Of a DNA stretch of 64,000 nt, positions 37,023 to 49,410 are shown piece after piece (the first letter of the stretch is position 1; the number at the start of each line of letters is the position of its first letter). The DNA comes from Patellaria atrata CBS 101060. Its lineage: Eukaryota. The notes beneath the pieces were generated by a model, which saw nothing but the letters and a program-made list of their open reading frames with translations, ran no database searches and was not told the DNA's origin. Position numbers and translations under genes: made by a program. The DNA lies in contig MU006089.1 in assembly GCA_010093705.1 (NCBI GenBank), positions 3,436,061-3,500,060 of the forward strand. The letters run 5' to 3'.

Positions 37023-38435
37023 GAGTCGATGCTTGGGTAATGGGTTAAGGCGAGGTGGCGTCTATGGTAAATCTGGGACTCGGAAGGGTGCGCTTCTGGT
37101 GTGTTGCGTTGTTTGCGGTCTTAGGCCTATCGTTTTTACTGATGGTGGTTGGTCGTTTTCTTCAGGATCAGAGGGAACGCTCAACAACCCAGCGATATGC
37201 CCTTCCGATCATGAGGTTAGGTACAGGTGCTGCACAGTACAAAGCTGTCCTTACGTTGACCTTCGGACCTCACCCGCATAGTCTGCGCACTCAATGACGG
37301 GTATTGGCAATTTCTCCCGCCGTCTGTTTGTCTGATTAGGGTTCGCAACATAACTACGTTCCTTGAACAAGAGAGTAAGTACCGTGGATGCCAATGCGCT
37401 TGGACTATGTTAATACATCATTCACGTCATGTGATAATTAGTCTCAAGTCGTACGGTTGGAGAACTGCACAGTATGCGGTACGGTGTGAATTGAAGCCAC
37501 ACGCGTGGGAGGTTATGTGTTGTCGGGTAGGGCTATCAAATGGCGGGACCAGGACTGTAGCATACGTGCTTCTAGCTGTGCATCCCGTCCACATATGAGA
37601 TCATGCAGAGGGGAAGGATCTGGCAACGTGCGGGTTCAAGCGTACGGTATCCATAGTTGATGTGGACAAGTTATGATTCGTACCAGGTAAAATTAACAAA
37701 TGGTGAGATGAGTATCTCGACGCACACGCTTCAAGTAGTATAAGCTGGGACAGTTAGGAACAGGGGTAGAGTAGAGATTTCGTAATGGCGGAATTGGTGT
37801 GTACGGTATCGGGGCGCTGGATGTGTAGTTGAATATATGGTACAGGGTAGTTGCTATCGGATGGTGAAGATACTATAGTTGCGGGTAGGTCTTTCACTGT
37901 ATGCAACGCAAGTGGTGGCAGGTGACAAGAGAAAGGGGGTTTTGATGACAGAAAGGTTCCTGTGCGCGGGATTCTCGAATCAGATGTATGGTTTGTATGT
38001 AGATGCAATAGTGCGTATGCAATGCTACCGGTGGATAGCAGTGTGCATCCAGTCTTGCATACACGAAACAGTTCGATCCAATACAATCCCTTCAAGCGGG
38101 AATAAGGTACCATTTTACTAAAAGAAATCCATATCCAAACGTGAACATACAACAAGAACCATGCACCTCGTAACACTAACCCCCCAAACTCCACTTATTA
38201 TCGACGTACACCGTAACGAAACATTTTCACCCCCGACAGCACTCTAACGCCCACCAGCCCCTTAACCCCCCCTTAAAACACCTCATCAAAACCTAACAGT
38301 CCTTTCTCAGACCATCTACTCCATCCTCAACGGCATCCTCCACACATCGACATACATTTCCCTGCTCCTTACGCCTCCTCTACCTCCTTCCCAATTCTCC
38401 CTTCGCCTAAACTCCATGCCCCTCCCTCTCCAACT

Positions 38436-39668
38436 TCAAACCACCCTTCCAGTGGATGTCTCCTCCGCAACGACATCTTCTCCGTCGACGGAGAAGGTAG
38501 GATCGAGCCGAGCCACGATGGTCCTGCCCGCCAGCTCGGGATCGTTCTCGACAAACGTCGGCAGCGGGTGCAGGCTAAACGGCGTATTGCTATCGAGCGC
38601 TCGGGGCTCGAGGGTCACGATGGCCCGCTTCTCCGCGTCTGGGATTGCGGAGGCGGGCTCCCCGGGCTTCGAGGGGTGGACTATCCCTGTGCCCAGCGCG
38701 ATATCCGTCCCGGCGGGGTTGGCTGTGGATGTGGACGGGGTTGGAGTCGAAGCTGGGGGTGGGGTGTAGTTGGGATATGGGTTGAAGGGTGTGGGAGTCA
38801 TGGAGTGTGCGACCATCCAGACGGAGAGGGAGGAGACCCAGTCTTCGTAGGAGGGGTAGGGTGGGTACGTGAAGTAGCGCTCTTGAGGCCCCGAGGCGAG
38901 GGTGTTGCGGCGGACGACGGAGGCGAACGTCGAGGGTCTGTAAGGTGGGAGAGTGTATGAACGCAGATTCCGCCGTGGGTAAAGCTCGTTGGTAGGGTAT
39001 CGATCGCGAAGCGCGCTGCTATCTCTTTCTTCTTGTTTCTCATCGATGTTTGGGCTAAAAAGATGAGGGAAGGGAAAGGGTGTGGTGGTTGGGATTCCGC
39101 GCTTCGAGTTGTAGGTGTCGAGGAGAGTCTCGCACGCCTCGATATCCCCATCCTCGTTGCAAGGTTTCGCAAACACGGCCCATTCCGGTCGAGGGACGAA
39201 CTTCAGGTCCTCGGACGCAGGAACGTAGCTATCGATAGCTGCCGTTGGGGTAATATGAGTGTGATCCCTTTTCATAGGAGCCGCGGCGGTTGGGGTTGCC
39301 GTAGTCCATTCATCGTAGACCACCTCGGGAGCGTCGGTGTACCCACGCGCGGCGACATTGTGGACAGCCCTCTTGGAGGTTTTAGTAATGACGAAAGGAA
39401 TTTCTATCCCTGTGGCGTAGGGGTCGAGGGTGGTGGTGGATGTTATTTCGGTGGTGAAGGTGGTACTCACTGTAGCCTCATTATGGAGCCCAACGAGACG
39501 CTGCGCAAACACGTCGAGAGGGTCCTTTTTGAATCTCTCTACCTCCTTGCTGGCGACGGCGGTGGGCGTGTAAGGTTCCATCAATGGGGGAGGAGAAGGA
39601 ATTCTGAGAGCGAGAGAATGGTGAAGGAAAGGGAGGATAAGGGTGAGGATTTGGGCGAGAGAAGCCAT
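38436..39668 (-). CDS. Secreted Thr/Pro-rich protein with multiple dibasic processing sites
   Basis: Signal peptide MASLAQILTLILPFLHHSLA; 410-aa ORF; several KR/RR sites. Confidence 0.7.
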   Translation of the reverse strand: MASLAQILTLILPFLHHSLALRIPSPPPLMEPYTPTAVASKEVERFKKDPLDVFAQRLVGLHNEATVSTTFTTEITSTTTLDPYATGIEIPFVITKTSKRAVHNVAARGYTDAPEVVYDEWTTATPTAAAPMKRDHTHITPTAAIDSYVPASEDLKFVPRPEWAVFAKPCNEDGDIEACETLLDTYNSKRGIPTTTPFPFPHLFSPNIDEKQEERDSSALRDRYPTNELYPRRNLRSYTLPPYRPSTFASVVRRNTLASGPQERYFTYPPYPSYEDWVSSLSVWMVAHSMTPTPFNPYPNYTPPPASTPTPSTSTANPAGTDIALGTGIVHPSKPGEPASAIPDAEKRAIVTLEPRALDSNTPFSLHPLPTFVENDPELAGRTIVARLDPTFSVDGEDVVAEETSTGRVV

Positions 39669-40822
39669 CTTTGTAGAGATGGGAAGAGTAGGTATGGGTG
39701 TGGGATTTAAAGCGATGTGACTGATAAATAAGGAGGTTTATCTGTATGGTGGAAGTGTAGTAGTACTCAGAATTATATTGAAGACTGTAAGGCTGTAAAA
39801 ATTTCAGACTGAGATAAGACGGAGAAAGACTGAAGGTATTTATGTGTCCTCGAGAATATCTTAATGGTCAAGTATTGAATTTGGATTTCGACTAATCGAA
39901 TCATTCTGTGGGAAATGCCCATCATGTGCGAGTTAATCAAAGGGTAGCGAGTGGTACAAACCTTTGGTTACTATGGGTCACCTTTATGTCAAAACTTATC
40001 ACAAATAGCATGGGTGGTTTAGGACAATTATTGAGGTTGATGTCGAAGGTCAAGAATCAGGGAGACGACAGACCTATCATATAAGCGTAGATGTTTGAAA
40101 GATTGCTTCGTACCATTTAGTACCTCAGTAATTTCACGAGTTTGCCAGGAGAATAATTCGTATAATTTTGAATCTTGAGGTAGTCGACAAGTACTTGTGG
40201 AAATACAGATTTTGGTCCACGTCGCCCCGTTCTGTCTATCGTGATGTTGGGTACTGCTTATCATTTTGACAGCGCCAGGGATAACGAGACCAGGTAGCTC
40301 TCAACGTCGCGTCTTCGCCCAACAAAGTATATTCCCCTAAGATTAACGTCTTAAATGGGTGTATTAACTAGCCGATTCAATCCTCGTAGAAGTAACAAGC
40401 TATGATAGAGTAGACGGTTAGCTCTTTCATGGGAGGGAAGAAAAAAAGGTTAAGAACATTGCGAGTTACCTTACCTTGATCGATTTTCCTTGTGAGCCAG
40501 GGGTGATATAGTATGGTAGTACAACCTTACTTCCACCTCAGCTATCCTCATAAGTATTGTGTAAAAACTTACATCTCGGGGAGCCAGCAAGGGATGTATG
40601 TTGAAGACTGGGAGAACTGATGTATGATTTATTCCCATTTAGCTATATACGTTAAGTGTAGCAGTTTCTTACGCATAACGCTCCCATAGTTTCCGAAAAA
40701 CCCGATGCTCAATTATCCAACCATAATGGGAATCTTAAAAGACACAAATGTAGCCCCTGATCCACCGGAACAAAACGCCTGCCATGTTCATCCTAGAATA
40801 ACTCAACAGCTCCCGCTAATTA

Positions 40823-41995
40823 TCAACGGCGGGCTGCTGGTTCGTCACGTTGGTAACTCATATCGGATACAATGCTCATATCATCGTTATTCTCGCCCCT
40901 TAAAGGTGTATCGGGACCTGATATTACTGAAATATCATCGTCATCTCTCGGATCAGCGAAGGGGCCCCTCGTGTCGTCCCTCGGATCGGCAAATGGGGAG
41001 ACTAAACGTCCATCATCCTCACGGTGCTCAGGCAGCAGTTGTATTTGGCTCGCTTGCGCATTGGTAGGCTGTTGCACCCTTAGGCTCCGACCCCGGTATA
41101 TTGGTGGTGCGGGACTGGTGGGAGGGATATATGGCGGTGGTGGATCGACATGCTCAGCATCTAACGCATACACAGGTTCGGAATTGGTCTGTGATCTTGG
41201 TGGAGTATCAGAAGTGCTGACACCTGTGTAATAGGTAGGATTCGTTGTTGATACCACAGAGGTGAGGGCCGCCGGTCGCCGAGATGATGGAAGAGACGGA
41301 TATTGCGTGAGAGACGGTAGTGGTGGTTGAAGACCCTCTGACATATTTGACTGTGTCCGAAGTAGGCTATTGCTCGACGAAACAGCCATCTGTGGTCTGG
41401 ACGTCCGCTTTGTCTCTCGTCTTCGCAGTAGGAATACACCACCAAATACTAACAGTGCTAAAAACAGTAGAGGTCCAACAACTGCCCCGGCAATCTGACC
41501 ACCTGACATTCCATTTGAGCTGGAAGATGGAGCAGAGGTAGAAGATACGGTTGCGAGTTGTGTGTCCTCACCACCAGTAGCAGTAGCGGGGCGGGATACA
41601 ACTCGAGTTACAGCAGCACCAGATGTAGATGTCGCGAAGGTCGAATGCTGTTTAAATGAAATACTGGTGTCCGAAGTTGAAGTGGATACGGGTCGTACGT
41701 GTATCAAACCTTCACTTGCCTTAGGGTCGAATGGAAGAGGTGTTACAGACGCATAGTAACCTCCATCCTCATCGTAGATCTCGGTATACGAAGGAATCTC
41801 AAAGGGATCCGTGTAGGAAGGAGGCTCGATTATCAAGGTGTAATATGAGTACTCGGGGTTGATAGGATCCTCTATGTATTCCCAAATGCCGCCATACTCG
41901 TCTTCATAGTAAACGACATATTCGTATTCGTCTGATGGATATTCATGATCGCGCTTTCCAAACAACTCCTCTGGCTTTTTTTTGACAACCCGCAT
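40823..41995 (-). CDS. Mid2-like single-pass membrane protein with a Tyr/acidic N-terminal segment; true 5' end uncertain
   Basis: Ser/Thr stalk, TM MSGGQIAGAVVGPLLFLALLVFGGVFLL-RRR, cytoplasmic PPPPY and a duplicated PFADPRDD motif. Confidence 0.75.
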   Translation of the reverse strand: MRVVKKKPEELFGKRDHEYPSDEYEYVVYYEDEYGGIWEYIEDPINPEYSYYTLIIEPPSYTDPFEIPSYTEIYDEDGGYYASVTPLPFDPKASEGLIHVRPVSTSTSDTSISFKQHSTFATSTSGAAVTRVVSRPATATGGEDTQLATVSSTSAPSSSSNGMSGGQIAGAVVGPLLFLALLVFGGVFLLRRRETKRTSRPQMAVSSSNSLLRTQSNMSEGLQPPLPSLTQYPSLPSSRRPAALTSVVSTTNPTYYTGVSTSDTPPRSQTNSEPVYALDAEHVDPPPPYIPPTSPAPPIYRGRSLRVQQPTNAQASQIQLLPEHREDDGRLVSPFADPRDDTRGPFADPRDDDDISVISGPDTPLRGENNDDMSIVSDMSYQRDEPAARR

Positions 41996-43485
41996 GGCAG
42001 TGTTGCAATTATGGATTGTCCTTCGTTGATGGTTAGAAGCGGTAAGGGATAGAATGACAAGCTCGGAAACCAGTTGTGCTGCTAATCCGGCCTCGGGGGA
42101 AGATCTGGGTGATGTACACTCACTAAGGTGGTAAGATGGTGTTTACTACACCAGTTCGCGGTCCATAAGGGAACTTGAGACGTTGTGAAGGACGTGTAGA
42201 ATTGTAGCTGAGCGTTAACAGGAGGTTCGATGTTGTTGAAGCCTGTTCAGCCTCGTGAAGCAGCTGAGAGGTGGCATTTAGATGTGGGCAAGGCTGTGCA
42301 AGCAGACCTACTGAACGCAGCCGCATAAAGGCTCGATCTCCTCGGGCTGAGATCCAATGGTCTACTCAGCTATACCTATTCAGCTATAGATCAAAACAGT
42401 TTTTGAGGCGACTACCTTTGGCTTCCTTTTCCCGTTAATACATTTCAAGTTTTCAAACAGATCGACTGCTTACCTGCTTATTCTTTTCGTACGCTTGTGG
42501 TACCTTAGGTATCATTGGTCAGGCCTCCTTCTTCCACGCCGTTTCAATCTTCGCCACTCTAATTCTGACAATGAACTAACTCCTTCATACAAGTATTTTC
42601 CTTGATACAGGAATCTGTTTGGTTGTTGCCTTGTTCTGATCGAGAAGCAGTCCTTGAGTCCTAATTTTCAATGGAAGACACTTTACCTTACCTAAGCTTC
42701 ACGGCAGCTTGTACCCGACTCTGTACTTCCATTATTATTGTGCCTGAAGGGACGGGAAGTACCTACTGTACTTACAGAGTTCACCTTTAGGCTTTGATTA
42801 GGCGCTTTACAGTCTTGCACGACATTATCCGCGACGCGCCGACGTCACAAGAGCTATCCATCGGCCTTTTCACTCATGATGCCGGATCTTCCGTTGACCT
42901 TGTTATACAAGCTGCAACTTACTTTGTACGTGCACATTATTTCCTAATTCTTTGAGGTTTAGCACGGCTGTCTATCCGATATCCGACCCTTTCCATTCGA
43001 TTATCAAAACTTGGTCTCGCTTGAGTCTGACAAGTCAACGCTTTGGCCTTGCATTATATGGCCCCCCAGCCCCAGGTGTTAGGTTGCAAACCCCGACCTG
43101 AATGATATTCTAGCCGCCAGCGTCATACTCACACGACTCCCAACCAGCCTTGCTTTCCCCTTGGTCCCTTGAAGCAGAACGCAACTGTCACTCAATTTCT
43201 TCTGCTTACGTGATTGGAGCAATCTTCCTTTAAGCGACTATGAATTACGATCAAGTTGGAGAACAATGGTCCCTTGACTCCCTTCAACCTTGGTCCTTGC
43301 TCAGTAGTAAGGATGGCCATGGTCACAATCCTAAAACAAGCTCTCGAATCCAACGTTCGTCATCCTCTTAAAAGTCTTGTCTCTGCCTTAAAGATTGTTC
43401 ACCGGCCGTGAGAGTCGGGTAGGTTTTCTGGTAGAATATCATTTTCTGCATCCGAGCCTGACTAGGCCTATGATTTGATTCTTCT

Positions 43486-44967
43486 TTGTTGCTGAGATCC
43501 GCGCTTTCATACTCACATCCATCCTCTAGCACCTTACTTCCCATACCCTTCAATCCCATGGCAAAATGGCACATATTTCACAATAACAACAGGACCATTC
43601 ACATGTCTAACGACATGTACCTCCCTCGTACCAAATCTCCTAGTCAAGCTTACCCAAACCTTGGGGAGAGAAGGGCCCATCATCTTTTACAGCCTAGAGT
43701 GCGGGCCATCATTGCCGCTGCCGTTGTTGCTGGAGTCTACTTGATTGTTGGAACTCTCATTGACCTAGGAACTAGGCAGTTGAGAAACTCTCCAACCGAC
43801 TTCAGCCCTTTGAATGCCTTCGATGTCTGGGATTCGCAAGCAGCTCCTGTACTGGGTCTGATACCATCGAAACCCGTACGATCATTTACCGAAGGTGCCA
43901 ACGGCTTGAATATCGATGACAGATATGTTTTCAGAGAATTTCTCGGGGTGGGATGTGAAGGAAGCACGGCTTTATATCAAGACACTTACCTTGGGAAAAC
44001 CGTTGTTATAAAACGATATAAGAACGTCCAAAGAAATCAGCTATCTAACTCCATGATCGAAATATTCCAAGGGCAAGCTCACGATTGGCCTCCAGAAATT
44101 CCGGCAATGTTGCTTTTTGGGAATGTCAATGACGCTATTCCAGAAAATCCGACCGGATCCGACACGGGTCACCTTGGCTTCCTACCAGTGCTCGATTACT
44201 TTCTTGTAAACAGAGATCGGAATAGAAAGACTTCTCCTAAATGGCATCTCGTCTCTCCATACATTTCTAATGGAACCTTGAAGAACCTCGCTCGGAGGAT
44301 TTATGAAGAACAACTCTCTGAAGACCAAGGTCTACGGACACTAGATGCCTCCTTACGCCCAGTCTTCAACAATCTTCTTGCAAGGGTTTCAACTTTGCAT
44401 GATAAAGGATATTGCCATAACGATATCAAGCCTAGCAACATTCTAGCACATAGTCTCACTGACTGGATCCTCGGCGACCTCGGAAACGTACGGCAAATCC
44501 ATCACCCCTTTTATGCAACGAATCTGTGGAAGAAGAAGAATCAATGGTCAGACTGTCGGGCGAACGACATACGAAGGGCATTAAAAACTTACCTCTGGGT
44601 ATTACGAGCGGGTACAACTAATAAACAAATGTTCGATGAAGCATTCTACGCCGAATCGGAACCATGGAGCAGAATGTATTGGAACTTCATAAGACGTCCG
44701 GTTTATGCCAAGGAATTGCTAAGCATGCAACGAAATACAACGCTGGAGCTCAATACCATCCACAGTGAACCGGAAGTACGCTTAAGGAAAGCTACAGGAG
44801 ATTCTGAAGCCTTGAGCATCGCCGTCACTCGAGAGTTGACCTGCACATCACTTCAGATGACTTGGCGGGACTGGTGGACTTTAGGTGGTTTTCGGCCAAA
44901 GAGACACCTTGAAACAAATTATGCAGTAGATGAACATCTGAGTCTCCGGAGGAAGTTGAAGAGATGA
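43486..44967 (+). CDS. Atypical protein kinase-like protein with an N-terminal transmembrane anchor (start codon uncertain: 43558, 43603 or 43615)
   Basis: FLGVGCEG glycine loop, VVIKRY, LVSPYISNGTL, YCHNDIKPSNIL, ILGDLG; upstream hydrophobic AIIAAAVVAGVYLIVGTLI. Confidence 0.75.
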   Translation: MLLRSALSYSHPSSSTLLPIPFNPMAKWHIFHNNNRTIHMSNDMYLPRTKSPSQAYPNLGERRAHHLLQPRVRAIIAAAVVAGVYLIVGTLIDLGTRQLRNSPTDFSPLNAFDVWDSQAAPVLGLIPSKPVRSFTEGANGLNIDDRYVFREFLGVGCEGSTALYQDTYLGKTVVIKRYKNVQRNQLSNSMIEIFQGQAHDWPPEIPAMLLFGNVNDAIPENPTGSDTGHLGFLPVLDYFLVNRDRNRKTSPKWHLVSPYISNGTLKNLARRIYEEQLSEDQGLRTLDASLRPVFNNLLARVSTLHDKGYCHNDIKPSNILAHSLTDWILGDLGNVRQIHHPFYATNLWKKKNQWSDCRANDIRRALKTYLWVLRAGTTNKQMFDEAFYAESEPWSRMYWNFIRRPVYAKELLSMQRNTTLELNTIHSEPEVRLRKATGDSEALSIAVTRELTCTSLQMTWRDWWTLGGFRPKRHLETNYAVDEHLSLRRKLKR

Positions 44968-45587
44968 CATTTCTCATTTGGGAATTTAGATATTCTCGAG
45001 AATTTGATACCATGTATAACCAAGCGTGGCGGAAAGCACCTCTCCAGTCCCAGCTTCGTTTCTTTCGATCCTTAAGGGACCAGAATGGTTTCGGTCACGA
45101 ATAAGCAGGTAACTGGATGGTAGATGTTATAATAAGGGAATGATACCTTAGGGCATTTGAAGGGGAGTCCATCCAGAGACAATAGTCGGAGTGCCTAGCT
45201 GCTCTGGGACGCTATGGTTGGATGAGTGGAATTTATCACGCGAGCATTAACGCAATTGCAGGCTGTTTCGTTACGATCTGTACGATATGAAGATCGCTTC
45301 GGTTGTTATATACCCATCTCATTATATGAATTACTGGAAATTTACAGAGTTTCTAAATAGACAGTGTTGTGATTAACAGTGAGACCATCTGAAAATGGAG
45401 ATTGGAATACAAAAGGTTCGGAGAACAGCGGCGTCATCGCCAAGCGTACTGGGGGTATGGACGAATTCCCGCATTGTGATGTCCCACGATTCTCTTTCCC
45501 CTTAAACCATATATACTTATAAGTCGTGAACTGCTATTGCGGAGGTGTTCATTTACTAATACACCCCGCTTCTATCCTACACAGACC

Positions 45588-46932
45588 ATGAGCTGGCGAC
45601 CCGGACGAACTGATAGTTCTAGTTCGAAGAGCGGAGGTAGCAGCATATTCAAGAGCGGATGGCATCCGGAAGGTAAGGGAGGTGGAAAAGAGTCATGGAG
45701 AGGAGATTTCAAGGGCATCAATCAAGTGGTGAACTACATACTCCCCCAATATCTCGTTATGTCGCCTGTACTCATAGTCCTCTTAGGCAGGATGGATGGG
45801 CAAGAGTCGCGATAAGCCTCAAGAGAAGGAGGAGCACATGTCAACTCCTCTCTCCTCACTCAAGGACCCATCCTCCTTTGGACCTCCCCCAAAGCATATC
45901 AATTATCATGGAGCGGCAGCTATGCCGCACAAGACCACGCCGGATAAGAGCGGTTGGGGAGCTCCAATGTCGCAGGAGGAGCTACAAGCAATGGAGGAAG
46001 AGAAGAGGCAGCGGGAAGAAGCCGAGAGACTAGCGGAAGAGGAAGCAAATAAACCTCCTCCGGGACCATACAAGAGAGATACAACAGGCTTGAACACTTC
46101 ACACCTTCCACCACCTCCGGTACGGAGACTGGATAGAGGAGACGGATCAGGTCCAGCCTCCGCTACGGTCCAAAGAGCTCCTCCTCCTAAACTACCTCCA
46201 CGACTACCTCCAAGACAGAATGAGCATCCGGATGAGTTCACTCCACCACCACCCCCTTCATACAGTGAGAGCGTCGCCCAGCCACCAGCAACGAAGAGCT
46301 ACCTCAACCAGGGCGCAATGGACAAACTCGGACGCGCAGGCGTATCAGTTCCTGGCTTCAACATCGGTCGTACCGCCTCTCCACCCATTCCCGCCCGATC
46401 TCCCTCAACAACATTGCCCCCTCCAACCTCTCCCCTTGGTACAGACAATGGGCAATTCAGCGAACTACAGGCTCGATTCAAGGGTTTATCCACGAGACAG
46501 CCCTCCACAACCGAAACGCCAAGCGCCGGCACAACCTTTGCCCAAAAACAAGCCGCTCTCAAAACTGCGCAATCCTTTCGCAATGACCCTGCCTCTGTCT
46601 CCTTAGCAGACGCAAGAAGTGCGGCATTTACGGCGAATAACTTCAGGGAGAGGCATGGGGAGCAGGTTGCACAGGGATGGAAGACAGCAAATGGGTTTAA
46701 TCAGAAGCATGGGGTCGTTAATAGGTTGAATGGGTATGCGGGAGGGTCCCAGGAGGGTGTGAGAAGTCCGCCGATTGCGAGTAGTCCGACGACTACGGAT
46801 ATGCCTGTGAATCTGGTGGGGAGCCTTGGAAAGAAACCCCCACCTCCGCCACCGCCAAAGAAGAAGGAGTTGGGAGGTGTGGCCGTCGTACCGCCTCCAG
46901 TTCCCTTAGGGAGCAAACCAAGACCTTCGTAG
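45588..46932 (+). CDS. Proline-rich adaptor-like protein (Aim3-like, probably actin-patch associated)
   Basis: SGWHPEGK...ESWRGDFKGINQV|AGWMGK, PLSSLKDPSSFGPPPKH, many PxxP/PPPP motifs; intron 45729-45786. Confidence 0.75.
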
Positions 46933-47729
46933 GGGATTCAGTTGAGTTCCTGATGATACGCCATGTCATAGATGGTATTGAATCTGAAAATGGTATATCA
47001 CGTCCTTTGGAGAGGCAACGGAAGGCGTTATACTCGTAAGTAACACCTTCGAAGGAAGCCGGGTATCTTACCTATGGATTATGGAGCTGGATGCGTAATT
47101 CAATGAACTTCAAGCGCAGGCCTGGCATTGTGAAATCAATCAAGAGATGGAAATTTATGGAGTCTTTCACTTGGTTGGTGATCAAAACATCTTTACGGTT
47201 TAAGTACACATATTGTTTTCTACAGCCACTCTGCTTCCTCTCTCCCACACAATTTCTGATTAGGAAAGTCCTGATCATTTCGCCCCACGCGGCCCTCTTC
47301 CAACGTTCAGCTCTCGGGCAGCACTTTCTGTCTCGTAATTGGATGCAAGCTCCTGGCTGGCAAAAGGTAATCCTTTGTATTTCGTCGACGTGGGTCTATA
47401 TTATTTCCTTAGCCCCCGAAATTGTGTCGGTGTACGATTGATATATTCTATAATATATTAATAAATATGCTGAAGCATCGAAAGAGAAAACGATCAAGAA
47501 TGATGAGTATAGTCACTCATCTCATTGTCAGGGAGTAAAGGGGCAATTAACTGCGCCGGTACATAATATATCATGAAATGTTGTGACAACAAAAATTCAA
47601 AAACTGGAACCGTAATTCATGCGACTGAGAGCAGAAATACATATCCACATCACTAATAACCAAGCCAGCTAGCCGTCTCTCGTCCAGACATTTCAATAGG
47701 TATTTCTAACCAAGAAAAGTATTTTCGCA

Positions 47730-49126
47730 TTACTCCCTTCCACTAACCCTTCTCTCGAAATCATCTTCGAACCGCACGCCATCCACCACCTCTACACCCT
47801 TTCCGAGACCTACGATATCACCGCTCTCCCACCATTTGCTGACGTGGTGCTCTCCCTTTCTGCCTTCCGCTTCGTCTTCAGTATCGACGAGACCGCCTAG
47901 TCCGGCGCCATCACCACCGACCACGACGACGATCTGGCCGACCCAGCCCTTGACCTGCTCCACGTTCTCGCCTCGGTCACCGGATAGGGATTCGGTGATG
48001 TAGACGAGATCAGGGGACAGATGGCGGAGAAGGTGTATGTGGCCCGTGGGTGTCGTGAATGGCATAACCTGGACTGGTCTCTCGACGAGACGGAGGGCTT
48101 GAGCATTGATGGATGCGTAAAGGGACTTGTCTGAATCTCTAGCGGAGAGAGCGGGTGTGGTGGCGGTAGGTGTATATGGCTGGGGATCAAGGGATTGAAG
48201 CTCTTCTGCTGGTGTTTGACCAGGGGTGGAGATTGCGCCGTAGGATGAGCCCATCGAGGGAGGTGCTTGGACACCGGAGTTAGGACGCGATTTGAGGGAT
48301 GGCGCGTAGATTAGGACGAAGAAATTTGTTGTTGCAAAGTCGATGGGCGGAACGAGAGAAAGGATGCTCTGTGGATATATTAGTCTCGAGAAAATCCACA
48401 TGGGAAGGGATTACCTACGGCGTGTTCTTCATGATAGCCACCATGCGACGCCTCATGCATACTCTCCACCCGTGAGTCCGCTGATACGACCACCACAACG
48501 GTCTTCCTCCTCTGACCCGGTCTCCCGCCATAGCTCTCCCCCTTCAGACTCGCGCCAAAAGCCTCAGTATGACTCTCAACAGCACCCCTACTCTCCGCCG
48601 ATCTCGCCTCAACATTCCTCCTACGCGCTTCCTCCGACCACCGGTTATGATCTCCATAAGCATCATCCTTATCCTCTTCTCTAATCGCACTCAACGCGGC
48701 TCCGGCCATCGCTCCAGCCGCTGCCGCTCCCGCCGCCAAATTCCTCTTCGCGGTATCAAATACCTGCTGCGGGCTCGGCGTCCTCCTAATCGCACCTCCC
48801 ACCGCTCCACTCACACGCGTCATGAAATCCCCCTCACTCCTCTCCCCTGTAACCCCCTGGGACATGGATCGATCATCCGAAGCGATGCCTGAAGCCGCGC
48901 CAACGGGGGGGCGAGTTGGTTTTTGGGGTGGTTTCCCTTCGCCATAGCTCAAGTCGGCATCCGAGTCGTTCGAGCTGTCGTCGTCGTCGCGGGTGCTCAG
49001 GACCCAGGCGGCGAGACCGGCGGTTACGGTTGTGACGGTGAGGACTAGGGGCACCCAGTAGCCGAGGGTCGAGCGACGCGTGCTGCTGTTCCGGCGGTTG
49101 TCGTAGCGGTCGTACGAGAATGACAT
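47730..49126 (-). CDS. Pex22-like peroxin of filamentous fungi (Fam1-type)
   Basis: N-terminal TM LGYWVPLVLTVTTVTAGLAAWV; C-terminal LIYAP, MPFTTPTGHIHLLRHLSPD, VVVVG...GGLVD, VGLGKGVEVVD; intron 48369-48418. Confidence 0.7.
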
Positions 49127-49410
49127 TGTGGTGAATTGACTATTCGCTCCTTACATGCCGATTTATGTGTTGATTTGGTGGTAGGATGTTGTTGAGATGG
49201 GTGGCGGGAGGTGTTTGTTGTGAACTTGAGGGGTGTGGCTGGTTTGTGTTTGTTCAGACGGGAAGCTGGAAAACGAGGTGAAAGGGGAGCTGAGGTCAAC
49301 CTCGGACGGGGAAGGTTTTGCCGAGTCGCGAATGTGTCATAACTTGCACTTTTGAATATAATTTGTTGACCTCCCAAAACTCCCAGAACCTCCCCTCGAT
49401 ATTTTGCAAA

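Noticed and set aside
37055..37297. Small ORF with a hydrophobic segment just downstream of the rhodanese
   Set aside because: Lies in the probable GT-rich 3' UTR; the hydrophobicity follows from base composition.
39033..39710. 225-aa antisense ORF, and similar antisense ORFs over GAD1, SPT20 and RSE1
   Set aside because: Shadow ORFs produced by the codon bias of the real genes on the opposite strand.
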